Made by a program: the position numbers and the translations under genes. Below are positions 18,001 through 27,753 of a stretch of DNA of 48,884 nucleotides, piece by piece. Origin of the DNA: a virus; the IMG/VR virus record IMGVR_UViG_3300045988_153650, positions 1 through 48,884 of that record; one strand, given 5' to 3'. Positions within the stretch are counted from its first letter, which is position 1. Each line of letters opens with the position of its first letter. The notes beneath the pieces are model-generated. The model was not told the DNA's origin, ran no database searches, and saw nothing but the letters and a program-made list of their open reading frames with translations.

Positions 18001-19287
18001 AACTTTTTTGCCCCTAGTTACAGAAATGTAGCATAGAAAATCGAGCAAAATCGGTGAAAGCTAAGTTAAAAATGAATAAACTAACTATATTTATGATATA
18101 ATATAAATATAGGATAGTTGAGGAAGTCATGAGCCTTGACGAAAAGGACATTCCGAAGTCCCTTCCTATTTTTTAATATTCGGAAATAAAACTGTCGGAG
18201 GTTTTTAAAATGAATCATTATGTATATGAAGTAACTAATAATATCAATGGAAGAAAATATATAGGCAAAAGAAGTTGTAAATGTCCTATTGAAAAAGATT
18301 TGTATTTTGGTAGTGGAATAGCTATTAAAGAAGCCTTGAAGAAGTATGGAGTTGAGAATTTTTCTAAAGATATTATAAAGACATTCAACACTAGCGAAGA
18401 AGCTTTTAAATATGAAGAATATTTAATATCTAAATTTGATTGTGTAAATGATGTTAAGTATTACAATATGGCTAGAGGTGGAATTGGTGGTGTTGGAACT
18501 TTAGACGGCAAAACCGAGTTAGAAAAATGGGAAATTTATAACAGAATGAAAAACACTTTAAAAGGCAAAATGGCAGGAGAAAATAATCCTATGTATGGGA
18601 AAAGGGGTAAGGATAACCCTAAATATGGGATTCCATTAACCGAACAACAGAAAGAAAGCATAAGTAAATCACTTAAAGGTAAGCCCTTTACTGAAGCCCA
18701 CAAAGAAAATATTAGAAAATCTAGGATAGGTATGAAATTAAGCGAAGAACATAAAAAGAATATAAGCCTAGGTGGTAAAGGAAGAAAAATAAGTGATAAA
18801 TGCAGAAAAGCATTAAGAGAAGCTAATATTAAATCTATTATTCTTTTAAATGATTTATCTATATATGAATCAATAGTAGATGCTATGAAAATTCATAATA
18901 TTGCTAGACAAAGTATAGGGAAAGTATGTATGGGTAAAAGAAATTATGCAGGAATTATAAATAATGAAAAAGCTATATGGATGTATTTAGAAGATTATAA
19001 TTATTGCATAGAAAATTCCATTGATTTTAATAAATATAAAAAAGAAAAATATTATAAATAAAATATAGTTAGGCACTCTAAGGAGTGTCTTTTTAATATG
19101 CTAATACCGAGGTAACTTTATAGATTGCGAAAGGCTATAAAGTACCGTAGAGCGTACCAGTTGAATAAATATAATACTGGCAAGAGTGTTCGATACCCTA
19201 ACGTATAGTCGAGGGTAAAAATGTACGCCCATCTTATGGGAAACTATAAGGAGTAGTAGGATAAAAAGCCTATGAAATAAGAATATG
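18001..19287 (+). mobile_element. Group I intron carrying a GIY-YIG homing endonuclease ORF
   Basis: Exon ends in U, intron ends in G; GGGU pairs with GCCC 10 nt into the intron (P1); several GC-rich stems at 19090-19270; flanking frames join in phase. Confidence 0.7.
18210..19061 (+). CDS. GIY-YIG homing endonuclease (I-TevI-like, NUMOD3 repeats)
   Basis: YVYEVTNNINGRKYIGK..., repeated GxxNPMYGK / HKENI / HKKNI motifs; GGAGG RBS. Confidence 0.85.
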   Translation: MNHYVYEVTNNINGRKYIGKRSCKCPIEKDLYFGSGIAIKEALKKYGVENFSKDIIKTFNTSEEAFKYEEYLISKFDCVNDVKYYNMARGGIGGVGTLDGKTELEKWEIYNRMKNTLKGKMAGENNPMYGKRGKDNPKYGIPLTEQQKESISKSLKGKPFTEAHKENIRKSRIGMKLSEEHKKNISLGGKGRKISDKCRKALREANIKSIILLNDLSIYESIVDAMKIHNIARQSIGKVCMGKRNYAGIINNEKAIWMYLEDYNYCIENSIDFNKYKKEKYYK

Positions 19288-19467
19288 GAAAAAGTTTTAA
19301 CTAAGAGAGAAACTGATGCCTATTTAAAAGGTCAAAATACTCAAGGTGTAAATATAACTATAAATGGCTTAACAGTAAGAGAAGAAGCAGATATAAATAA
19401 AATAGCTAATAAATTAGTTAAAAAGATTAATCAAAGTAAAATGGTATATGCAGGAGGTGCTTATTAA
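19288..19467 (+). CDS. Tape measure protein, exon 2
   Basis: Joins as ...RTLHEG|EKVLTKRETDAYL, restoring the HxGExVLT-type motif common near TMP C-termini. Confidence 0.65.
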   Translation, partial: EKVLTKRETDAYLKGQNTQGVNITINGLTVREEADINKIANKLVKKINQSKMVYAGGAY

Positions 19468-20126
19468 TGTTAACTGAGATATGGTTTAAAACTAAAGACA
19501 AAGCAGTAAGGCTTCCAGTTATACCTTCTGAATTTGAGCGAGTTATTGATGCTGGTTATGATACCAACGCTATTATAGGTTTAGGTGATGTGGCAGTATT
19601 AACATCAAATGGATTAGCACAATTATCTTTATCAAGCTTCTTTCCTAATCAAGAATATAGCTTTAATGAATATTCTAACGTTCCAAAGCCTTATGATCTA
19701 GTTAAGTATTTTAAAGAATGGAAAAATAAAGGCACAGTAGTAAGAGTAATATTGACTGGTACTGACATAAATCAAGAAATGTATATAACTAATTTTAGTT
19801 ATGGTGAAAGGGACGGTACTGGGGATGTATATTATAATATGGATCTATTAGAATATAGACCTATTACAATACCAGTAATTACAGAAAGTAATTCAAATAA
19901 TACTCAAAATACAAGTAGACCTGCTGATACAAATAATAAAAGTAATTCTAGTAATAAACAAAAAACACATAAGGTTGTGAAAGGTGATTGCCTTTGGGAT
20001 ATTGCACAAAAATATTATGGTAAGGGTAGTTTATATCCTAAGATAAAAGAAGCTAATAAATCTAAATATCCATCTTTAGCTAAAAATAATGTTATTTATG
20101 TTAATTGGGAGTTGATAATTCCATGA
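19467..20126 (+). CDS. LysM-domain tail protein (XkdP-like)
   Basis: C-terminal HKVVKGDCLWDIAQKYYG...IYVNWELIIP LysM. Confidence 0.8.
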   Translation: MLTEIWFKTKDKAVRLPVIPSEFERVIDAGYDTNAIIGLGDVAVLTSNGLAQLSLSSFFPNQEYSFNEYSNVPKPYDLVKYFKEWKNKGTVVRVILTGTDINQEMYITNFSYGERDGTGDVYYNMDLLEYRPITIPVITESNSNNTQNTSRPADTNNKSNSSNKQKTHKVVKGDCLWDIAQKYYGKGSLYPKIKEANKSKYPSLAKNNVIYVNWELIIP

Positions 20127-21556
20127 TTAAATTAATATGTCAAAAAGCTAATGGTAAGAAGTTAGATATAACTAATTTATTAACTACTATAACATGGAGT
20201 GGAGATTATAAAAGTTGTGCTAGAAAATTAGAATTTTCATTAATTAGTAGTGCAAATGATATAAATGTTCCTAAAATTGATATACCTTTAATGAGTGTTA
20301 TTATCTTTTATGAAGATGACAAAGAATTATTTAGGGGTTTTGTATATGAAAGAGAAAAATCGAGTGATAATAGTATAAGCTTTTTATGTTATGACTATTG
20401 TGCAAAGCTTAATGATATAAAAGTATCTTATAACATAAAAAATGAAACTGCTTCTAGTATATATAATAAATTTCTTACTGAATATGGACTAAATAAAGGG
20501 GATATAGTTCAAGCTAACACTAAAATAAAGAAAGTTTTTTTAGGTGTTACTGCTTATGATATGATTATGAGTGCATATACAGAAGAAGCTAAAGCAACTG
20601 GTAAAAAATATATGCTATATAGTAAAGGCAATAAATTTTATTCTACTGAAAAAGGCATTGTAAAGCTTAAATTAGCTTTTGAAGAAGGTAAGAATATATT
20701 ATCAAGCAACTTCAAGGAAAGCGTGTCAAATATGGTTAATAAAGTATTAATCGTTGATGATAACGGAAATAAAGTATCAGAAGTTAAAAATGATGATTGG
20801 TTAAAAACTTATGGATTATTTCAAGATGTCTATAAAAAGCAAGAGGATAAAGATGCTAATGCAGAAGCTAAAGCAATGTTAAATGGAGTTGAACAAACTT
20901 GCTCTTTAACTGGCTTTGGTGATACAACTTGTATTACTGGTTATGGAGTTCGAGTTAAAGATACATATACTGGCTTAGTAGGTTTATTTTATATAGATAG
21001 TGATACTCACACTTGGGAAGGTGGAAAATATACTATAGATTTAGAATTGAACTTTAAAAACATCATGGATGAAGTATCAGCAGGGCAAGATGAACAAACT
21101 GAAAATAGTTCAGCTTCATCAAGTAACAGTAGTTCAAGTAATTCTAATAATTCATCAAGTGGAAGTAATTCAAGTAGTTCATCGAATTCAATAGGTGATA
21201 AGATAGTTGCAGAAGCTAAAAAGCATCTTGGCAAAAAATATGTTTGGGGGGCAACAGGGCCAAATACATTCGATTGTAGTGGGTTATCTCAATTTTGCTA
21301 TAAGAAAGTTGGAATATCTATCCCTCGTACTTCTTTGGCACAAAGTAAAGGTGGTAAAGCAGTTAGTAAATCTAACTTACAACCTGGGGATTTACTATTT
21401 TGGAAAACTACAAGTGCTGAAGTTGGTCATGTTGGAATGTATGTTGGTAATGGTCAATTTATTCATGCTCCTAATAAATCCAAGCCAGTAAAATATGATA
21501 GTTTAAGCAATTCTTATTATTCTTCAAGATTTGTAAGGGCAAGGAGGTATTATTAA
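20123..21556 (+). CDS. XkdQ-like tail/baseplate protein fused to an NlpC/P60 endopeptidase
   Basis: ATGA overlap with the upstream stop; Ser/Asn linker; FDCSGLSQFCY...GHVGMYVGNGQFIHAP catalytic Cys/His. Confidence 0.8.
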   Translation: MIKLICQKANGKKLDITNLLTTITWSGDYKSCARKLEFSLISSANDINVPKIDIPLMSVIIFYEDDKELFRGFVYEREKSSDNSISFLCYDYCAKLNDIKVSYNIKNETASSIYNKFLTEYGLNKGDIVQANTKIKKVFLGVTAYDMIMSAYTEEAKATGKKYMLYSKGNKFYSTEKGIVKLKLAFEEGKNILSSNFKESVSNMVNKVLIVDDNGNKVSEVKNDDWLKTYGLFQDVYKKQEDKDANAEAKAMLNGVEQTCSLTGFGDTTCITGYGVRVKDTYTGLVGLFYIDSDTHTWEGGKYTIDLELNFKNIMDEVSAGQDEQTENSSASSSNSSSSNSNNSSSGSNSSSSSNSIGDKIVAEAKKHLGKKYVWGATGPNTFDCSGLSQFCYKKVGISIPRTSLAQSKGGKAVSKSNLQPGDLLFWKTTSAEVGHVGMYVGNGQFIHAPNKSKPVKYDSLSNSYYSSRFVRARRYY

Positions 21557-21557
21557 T

Positions 21558-21908
21558 ATGAAAGATCCATTTTTAAGTTTATATGAGATTATGGGTGAAG
21601 CTACTAAAATTGAAGCTTCTTTTTTTATTGCTAAAGTAATATCTCCATTGCCCAATTTAAAAGTTAATCTTAATGATCTAGTTTTAGATAAAGATGATTT
21701 TTTAATTAGTAAATGGCTACTAGATAGAAATGAAGATTTATTTACTGAATATCAAGGTCATTCTCATGGTGGAGATACTACTGGAGATGGAAACCATAGG
21801 CACCAAATTAAGTTTAATATACAAGATAAATTAGAAGTTAATGATAAAGTTATATTACTTAGAATTGATGATAAATTTATAATTTTAGATAAGGTGGTGA
21901 GTATATGA
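21558..21908 (+). CDS. XkdR-like baseplate protein (DUF2577-like)
   Basis: Synteny and size. Confidence 0.55.
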   Translation: MKDPFLSLYEIMGEATKIEASFFIAKVISPLPNLKVNLNDLVLDKDDFLISKWLLDRNEDLFTEYQGHSHGGDTTGDGNHRHQIKFNIQDKLEVNDKVILLRIDDKFIILDKVVSI

Positions 21909-22324
21909 GTTTATTCCCTTTTATAAGCAATACTGATGAAGTAAAAGTTGATAATAGCTTTCCAATGTATAAGGAGATAGCTTGGGACTTTAAAAGAAAT
22001 ACTCCAATAATTCAAAATAGAGATTTTAAAATAGTTGAAGGTAATGAAGCTATAAAAGTATGGGTGTATAAAGCTATATTAACTCCACGCTATAATTATT
22101 CTATTTATACTTGGGATTATGGAAGCGAATTACTTGATTTAATAGGTAAAGCATATACTCCATCACTTACTAAAGAAGAAGCTAAAAGACTTATAAAAGA
22201 AGCACTTGAAATTAATCCTTATATTTTAGAAGTTGAAATAACTGATATAAATTTTAAAGATAGTTTATTAAGTGCTGATATAAAAATAGTTACGATATAT
22301 GGAGAAAGTGAGGTGACTATTTAA
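21905..22324 (+). CDS. XkdS-like baseplate protein (DUF2634-like)
   Basis: Synteny; overlapping start and stop. Confidence 0.55.
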   Translation: MSLFPFISNTDEVKVDNSFPMYKEIAWDFKRNTPIIQNRDFKIVEGNEAIKVWVYKAILTPRYNYSIYTWDYGSELLDLIGKAYTPSLTKEEAKRLIKEALEINPYILEVEITDINFKDSLLSADIKIVTIYGESEVTI

Positions 22325-23364
22325 TGTTTAGTAATCAAACATATGAGGTTATAAAACAAAGAATACTTGATAATGTAAATATAGATATAGATAAAAGGGA
22401 AGGTAGCTTTACTTCAAATATGGTAAGTGCCTTAGCAGAAGAACTTGCAAAAGCTTATATAAATATGAGTGATATATTATCACTTGGTTTTATAGAAGAT
22501 AATTTTGATACTTACTTAGATAAAAGAGTTTCAGAATTTGGGGTATATAGAAAAGAAGGTGTAAAAGCTACTGGAGAAATGAAAGTCGAAGGTAAAGAAG
22601 GGGCTATAATAACAAATGGTACTCTTATAAAAGCTAATGATTTATATTTTACAGTATTAAATGACATAGAACTTCCAACAGATAATATTTTATATGTAGA
22701 AGCTAATGAAGCAGGATATAAATATAATTTACTTGCTAATACTGAATTTGAGTTAGTTGAAAAGAATGATAAAGTAACTAGATTAGTAAATGAAGCTGAT
22801 TTCTCAAAAGGTGTAGATATTGAAAGTGATGAAGATCTAAGAAAAAGATTTGTTAAAGTTGTAAACAATCCAAGTACAAGTGGAAATAAAGCACACTATG
22901 AGGAATGGGCTTTAGAAGTTGACGGTGTAGGTCGTGCAATAGTCTATCCTCTATGGAATGGCAACGGTACTGTGAAAGTTATGATAATAGGTAACGATAA
23001 TAAATCAGTATCAGGAGATATAATTAATAACTGTAAACTTCATATAGAAGAAAATATGCCAATAGGATGTCAATTGACTGTAACTACTCCGAGCCTTTTA
23101 AACGTGTCTGTAAAAGTTTCTATTGAGTTGAAAGAAGGATATGACATAGAAGATGTTAAGCTAGACTTTGAAGCTTCTTTAAACGAGTATTTAAAAGATG
23201 TTACAAGTGAATTAGTTTATTCTAAAGTGTATGGCTTATTAGTCAATCATGCAGGAGTAGAAGATGTAACTAATTTCACAATAAATGATAATAATATAAA
23301 TATATCAATATCAGAAGATAAAATAATAAATATATCAGAAATAATTTTAAGCGAGGTGGTTTAG
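22324..23364 (+). CDS. Baseplate J-like protein (XkdT-like)
   Basis: 346 aa; synteny; family-like N-terminus. Confidence 0.75.
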   Translation: MFSNQTYEVIKQRILDNVNIDIDKREGSFTSNMVSALAEELAKAYINMSDILSLGFIEDNFDTYLDKRVSEFGVYRKEGVKATGEMKVEGKEGAIITNGTLIKANDLYFTVLNDIELPTDNILYVEANEAGYKYNLLANTEFELVEKNDKVTRLVNEADFSKGVDIESDEDLRKRFVKVVNNPSTSGNKAHYEEWALEVDGVGRAIVYPLWNGNGTVKVMIIGNDNKSVSGDIINNCKLHIEENMPIGCQLTVTTPSLLNVSVKVSIELKEGYDIEDVKLDFEASLNEYLKDVTSELVYSKVYGLLVNHAGVEDVTNFTINDNNINISISEDKIINISEIILSEVV

Positions 23365-23907
23365 TTGAGTTTAATCAATAAACTACCTTCTTTTTATGAT
23401 AATGATATTACTAGACCTATGCAAGATTCTTTTACTGTAGAAGCTGATTTAATCAATAATGAAGTAGAAAAAACACTTGAACAATTCTTTGTAGATAGTG
23501 CGACCTATGGACTTGATTATTGGGAAAAGATGTTAGGTATATCTAAAAATAATAATGATACTCAAACAAGACGAGAAAATATAAAAGCTAAAATGAGGTC
23601 AAGAGGTACTACTAGCATTGAAGTTATAAAAAATATTTGTGAAGCCTATTCAAATGGTATAGTTGAAATAGTAGTCAATCATTCAGATTATAGCTTTGTT
23701 ATAGACTTTGTAGGTAGTATAGGAGTGCCTAAAGCATTTGCAGAACTTGATAAAACTATTGAAGAAATCAAACCTTGCCATTTAGCTCATAGTTACAAAT
23801 TTAATTACAATACTCATAGTAATTTAGCAAATTATACTCATGAACAATTAGCGAATTATACTCATGATGAAATTAGAAACTCAAGTGAATTGAGAGGTGG
23901 TCAATAA
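23365..23907 (+). CDS. XkdU-like tail protein (DUF2313-like)
   Basis: TTG start; FFVDSATYGLDYWEKMLGI motif; tandem LANYTHEQ/LANYTHDE repeat at the C-terminus. Confidence 0.6.
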   Translation: MSLINKLPSFYDNDITRPMQDSFTVEADLINNEVEKTLEQFFVDSATYGLDYWEKMLGISKNNNDTQTRRENIKAKMRSRGTTSIEVIKNICEAYSNGIVEIVVNHSDYSFVIDFVGSIGVPKAFAELDKTIEEIKPCHLAHSYKFNYNTHSNLANYTHEQLANYTHDEIRNSSELRGGQ

Positions 23908-24254
23908 TGGCTAAAAAATATATAAAAAATGAAAAAGGAATAGTAAGAGCTATAACAAGTGATAATTTACAACTTGAAAAGCCTTTACTTAATGAAAACT
24001 ATGATATAGAAGTCCATAACAGAAATATGGATAAAATAGATAGTGCTATTCAAGAAGTAAAAGGAAAAGTTGACGGATTAGAATTAACTGCTCAAAGAGT
24101 AAGTATTGCAGATTCTGCTAATAAGTTTGAAGCTACTAATGTAGAAGATGCACTTTTAGAGAATAAAACAAGTATTTTAAGTCTGCAAAGTGAGTTAAAC
24201 GGTCAAAGAATTAGAGGAATAGAAATAGCTAATTCTTTAATTAGTAAGTTATAA
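23907..24254 (+). CDS. Putative tail fibre-associated protein
   Basis: Position; coiled-coil segment. Confidence 0.45.
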   Translation: MAKKYIKNEKGIVRAITSDNLQLEKPLLNENYDIEVHNRNMDKIDSAIQEVKGKVDGLELTAQRVSIADSANKFEATNVEDALLENKTSILSLQSELNGQRIRGIEIANSLISKL

Positions 24255-24280
24255 AATTTTAACAGAAATGAGGTGATTTA

Positions 24281-25630
24281 ATGTCGGCAGAATATTTAGG
24301 GCAAGTTGCTAATCTTGTAACTTGTGAAGAATTGATTGAACTTACCAATTTTACTGGTGGATCTTCTAACTCTACAGGCGATATTACTTGGGGTAAAATA
24401 TTAGAAAATGGGAAAATATATCTAGTTTCACAAGCATTACCTAAAAGAAATATAAGTTGGTCTACTTTAAATTCACAAGGTCTTATATTTGGGAAAACTA
24501 TAACTATAGGTAAAGATAAATATATATGTAGGTCTATGACTGGTTTAAATGATGATAATTCATATGGTGGAGAGTGGTCTAGGTGGGTAATTGATTTATT
24601 AATTCCACAAGGAATGAATTTTTCAAATTTAGCAGGAAGGTACAGATTTACACAAGACATACTTGATGAAAAAGCTGTTTTGGTAGGATATTATAATAAT
24701 TCATCTACATATACAACGCTAAATATAAACGATTCATCAACTAATTATAGTTGGAGTCCCGTATTAGAATTATTGCCAAGGTGTGAATTTTCTATTAATA
24801 GTGAGGATTTAGGTAAAATATTTAATCCAGTCTGTATTAAATATGTTGTACTAGGTGATACTCATACACTTATTGAAAAGATAAACGGAACACAAATACG
24901 AACACTAGATAACCAAGTAAGTGGAACAGAATATGTTTTAGATTTAACTTCTCAATGGGATAATATAAAATATGGTAAACATAAAATAGAAATAATAGCA
25001 ATCGACAACAGTAATGGTATTCAATCTACTATAACAATAACATTTGATAAAATAAAAGAAATAACGAAGCCTATCCCAACTACATCAAGTTTAAAAGAGT
25101 TTGTAGACCATATAGAAAATATTGATAGAGATATTAATTATCTTAATATTAAGCTTGCAAATAATTTGAAAGAAAAAGAAATAGAATGCAATGATAGTGA
25201 AAGAATAACAGATTTAATTGATAAAATTGAAAATATAGATTTTGTCAATTTTGATTATGGCTATTCATTTTTAATTGACTCTACTACCTTCTCAACTCCA
25301 TTAAGTACTTCGTACAATTTAAGCAATGCTACTTATTATAAATTTAATATATTTGATATTCTAAGGGATAAAATAAGCACATACACTCTAAGTCTTAAAT
25401 TGGCACATTCGACAGTAAATAGCACCAATTTTACTTTTACGATATGTGATTCTTCACAAAATGTATTGCACGAAATTAGTATACCGACATTTAAATATGA
25501 ATTTTCAATTGATATTGACCTTGATTATATGCCGAGTGATAACAAGCTTGGTTTTTTTATGTACAATGTTAATACATCAACTGGACTTAATACTAATTGT
25601 TCATTAAGTTGTGATATAAAAATTACATAA
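24281..25630 (+). CDS. Putative tail fibre / receptor-binding protein
   Basis: 449 aa after the baseplate genes; Ser/Thr/Asn-rich C-terminal half. Confidence 0.55.
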   Translation: MSAEYLGQVANLVTCEELIELTNFTGGSSNSTGDITWGKILENGKIYLVSQALPKRNISWSTLNSQGLIFGKTITIGKDKYICRSMTGLNDDNSYGGEWSRWVIDLLIPQGMNFSNLAGRYRFTQDILDEKAVLVGYYNNSSTYTTLNINDSSTNYSWSPVLELLPRCEFSINSEDLGKIFNPVCIKYVVLGDTHTLIEKINGTQIRTLDNQVSGTEYVLDLTSQWDNIKYGKHKIEIIAIDNSNGIQSTITITFDKIKEITKPIPTTSSLKEFVDHIENIDRDINYLNIKLANNLKEKEIECNDSERITDLIDKIENIDFVNFDYGYSFLIDSTTFSTPLSTSYNLSNATYYKFNIFDILRDKISTYTLSLKLAHSTVNSTNFTFTICDSSQNVLHEISIPTFKYEFSIDIDLDYMPSDNKLGFFMYNVNTSTGLNTNCSLSCDIKIT

Positions 25631-25643
25631 GGAGGTATTGAAA

Positions 25644-25913
25644 ATGGAATATAAATTTAGTTTTAAAACAGAAGAAGAAAAAGAACAACTAATAAAAGAT
25701 AATTCTCATTTGACGCTTATAAAAATGGCTTATCATTTAGAAGAAAAGCATTTAATTTTTACAGACGAAGAAATAATATATGAATTAACTGAAAATGAGA
25801 TATTAGAAAATAAAATATCCATTTTAGAAGCCGAAAATGAGAAGTTGAAACAAGAATTATCAATAACTCAAGATGCAGTAAATGAATTAATTTTTAATTC
25901 TTTAAATATGTAA
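25644..25913 (+). CDS. Hypothetical coiled-coil protein (XkdW position)
   Basis: ATG 8 nt after AGGAGG. Confidence 0.5.
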   Translation: MEYKFSFKTEEEKEQLIKDNSHLTLIKMAYHLEEKHLIFTDEEIIYELTENEILENKISILEAENEKLKQELSITQDAVNELIFNSLNM

Positions 25914-25926
25914 AGGTGGTGTTTTT

Positions 25927-26061
25927 ATGGTAACTTATTTAGCTATGCAAATATTAAAAGGGAAAATATCTTATGCTCAAACAATAGAAAAATTCCCACA
26001 GTATAAAGAGGATATAGACTTAATATTAATAACAGAGGGGAGAGAGGACTTAATAAAATAA
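25927..26061 (+). CDS. Small protein (44 aa, XkdX position)
   Basis: GGTGGTG RBS; synteny. Confidence 0.4.
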   Translation: MVTYLAMQILKGKISYAQTIEKFPQYKEDIDLILITEGREDLIK

Positions 26062-26078
26062 GTTCTTTTTTTATTATG

Positions 26079-26110
26079 GCTAGGGAATTAATTTCTCTAG
26101 CTTTATTTTT
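26079..26110 (+). terminator. Rho-independent terminator
   Basis: gctagggaa/ttctctagc stem (one G-U) followed by tttattttt. Confidence 0.65.
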
Positions 26111-26131
26111 ATTTTAAGGGTGGTGTATTGA

Positions 26132-26410
26132 GTGGAACAAATGATAAGTAACTTAGGTTTTCCTGTTGCTTGTGTATGTGCTTTAGGTGTTTATTTTGTG
26201 CAAAAGGATAAAGCTTCAAGAGAAGATATAAATAAAATCATAGACAATTTAAGAGAAGATAATAAACTAGATAGGGAACTATACAGAGATACAATAGATA
26301 AATTCGATAGTAAATTAGATAAATTTGCTATTGCATTAGAAAATAACAATAATGAGTTAGGGGCAATAAAAGAAGATATAAGAAATATAAAAGAGAAGGT
26401 AGGTGTATAG
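26132..26410 (+). CDS. BhlA/UviB-family holin-like protein
   Basis: N-terminal TM GFPVACVCALGVYFV then a charged coiled coil; directly upstream of the endolysin. Confidence 0.6.
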   Translation: MEQMISNLGFPVACVCALGVYFVQKDKASREDINKIIDNLREDNKLDRELYRDTIDKFDSKLDKFAIALENNNNELGAIKEDIRNIKEKVGV

Positions 26411-26411
26411 A

Positions 26412-27086
26412 ATGAGAGTATTAGTAAGCGCAGGACACACTTTGAATGGAGTTGGAAGTGGTGCAGTTGGTTTTATAAATGAAAGTCAAGAAAATAGAGT
26501 ATTAGCTAAATTCATAGTTGAACATCTTAAAAAACTAGGTCATGAAGCAGATTATCATGAAGTAAATAGTGGAAGTGATTATATAGAGAAACAAGCTAAA
26601 AAAGCTAATTCTAAAAATTATGATTTAGTTGTTCAAATACACTTTAATAGTTCAGATAATGCAGCTGCTAATGGTACAGAAGTAATATACAGAAGTAGTA
26701 AAGGAAAAGTATTTGCTCAAAAAGTTCAAGATAAGTTAAAAACTGAATTTAAAGATAGGAAAATAAAGCATGATATAAATGATTTAAAGCGTGATTTAGG
26801 TTGGTTAAGATTAACTAAATCCCCTGCAATATTAATAGAAACTTGCTTTGTGTCTAATAAAAGTGATACTGATAAATATACATCTAATAGGAAAAAGATA
26901 GCTAAATTAATAGCAGAAGGTATAGCAAATCAAACTATAGTTGAAAATAGTAATTCTAGTGCTTCATCTACTGATAAAAAACTATATGCAGTTTGTGTAA
27001 CTGCTTGTGAATATGATTCAGCTAAAAAAATGCAAGAAGAACTAATAAGTAAAGGCTACAAAGATACATACTTAATTCCTAGATAA
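26412..27086 (+). CDS. Endolysin, N-acetylmuramoyl-L-alanine amidase (Amidase_3) with SPOR-like C-terminus
   Basis: VSAGHTLNG...ESQENR...VQIHFNS...NGTEVIY; C-terminal YAVCVTACEYDSAKKMQEELISKGY. Confidence 0.85.
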   Translation: MRVLVSAGHTLNGVGSGAVGFINESQENRVLAKFIVEHLKKLGHEADYHEVNSGSDYIEKQAKKANSKNYDLVVQIHFNSSDNAAANGTEVIYRSSKGKVFAQKVQDKLKTEFKDRKIKHDINDLKRDLGWLRLTKSPAILIETCFVSNKSDTDKYTSNRKKIAKLIAEGIANQTIVENSNSSASSTDKKLYAVCVTACEYDSAKKMQEELISKGYKDTYLIPR

Positions 27087-27088
27087 TG

Positions 27089-27117
27089 TTTATTTTATTG
27101 TTAAAATATGGTATAAT
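27089..27117 (+). promoter_or_regulatory. Candidate extended -10 promoter (TGgTATAAT)
   Basis: tatggtataat at 27107-27117; weak -35. Confidence 0.4.
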
Positions 27118-27219
27118 ATAATAAAAACTAATGATAGTTTTTTAAAAATAACATTACACAAAGTAAGAATATATTATCTTTATTTTAATCTTGTATTTTT
27201 TATGTTTTTTATTTTTAAA

Positions 27220-27241
27220 GTTTTGTAATTGTTTTGTAATT
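27220..27241. repeat. Tandem 11-bp repeat GTTTTGTAATT x2
   Basis: Read directly. Confidence 0.8.
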
Positions 27242-27252
27242 TTAGTTAGAAA

Positions 27253-27285
27253 AAAGCTATTGTTTTGTTGCGATAGCTTTTTTTA
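27253..27285. terminator. Bidirectional-type terminator hairpin
   Basis: aaagctat-N12-atagcttt flanked by an A-run and a T-run. Confidence 0.65.
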
Positions 27286-27408
27286 CTTGCTACAATATAA
27301 ATATATCCAACTTTAATTTGCAATACTCGAGTTGTAGAGTATAAATTCAACAGTTAATCGGCTAAAGATTTCAATATCAACAAACAACCATATAAATTCA
27401 GTAAAAAG

Positions 27409-27439
27409 GGAAGCTATGGGGATTTGGGCTTCTTTTTTT
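27409..27439 (+). terminator. Rho-independent terminator
   Basis: ggaagc...gcttct stem followed by T7. Confidence 0.5.
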
Positions 27440-27753
27440 ATGTTTGAAATTAGGCAAATAAAAAAGACTGCTTAAAAGCAATCTTCTTTATTGACGATAT
27501 AATTAATAATAAAAGAAAGGAGATACTAAAACATAGCTAAATTTTAGTACATATATATAATTCTATAAATACGATTAAATTCCTTCATGTTCAATAAAAT
27601 ATTGACAAATTTTATTATAAAAAAGTATAATTAATTTGTACAATAAGTTTATAATTATTGTCTAGATTTTTGAAATTCCACAAGAAATCATTACATCCAA
27701 ACAAAATTAAATTCCTATATTTTAATGGCTTATACTTTTCTGTATAGGCTATT

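Noticed and set aside
18001-18036. Tape-measure C-terminus as given by the track (…HEGNFFAPSYRNVA stop)
   Set aside because: These residues are read from the 5' end of the predicted intron. The conserved TMP C-terminus is encoded at 19288-19467 in the matching phase.
24281-25630. Diversity-generating retroelement targeting the tail fibre
   Set aside because: No reverse-transcriptase ORF is present anywhere, and I noticed no template/variable repeat pair matching the fibre 3' end.
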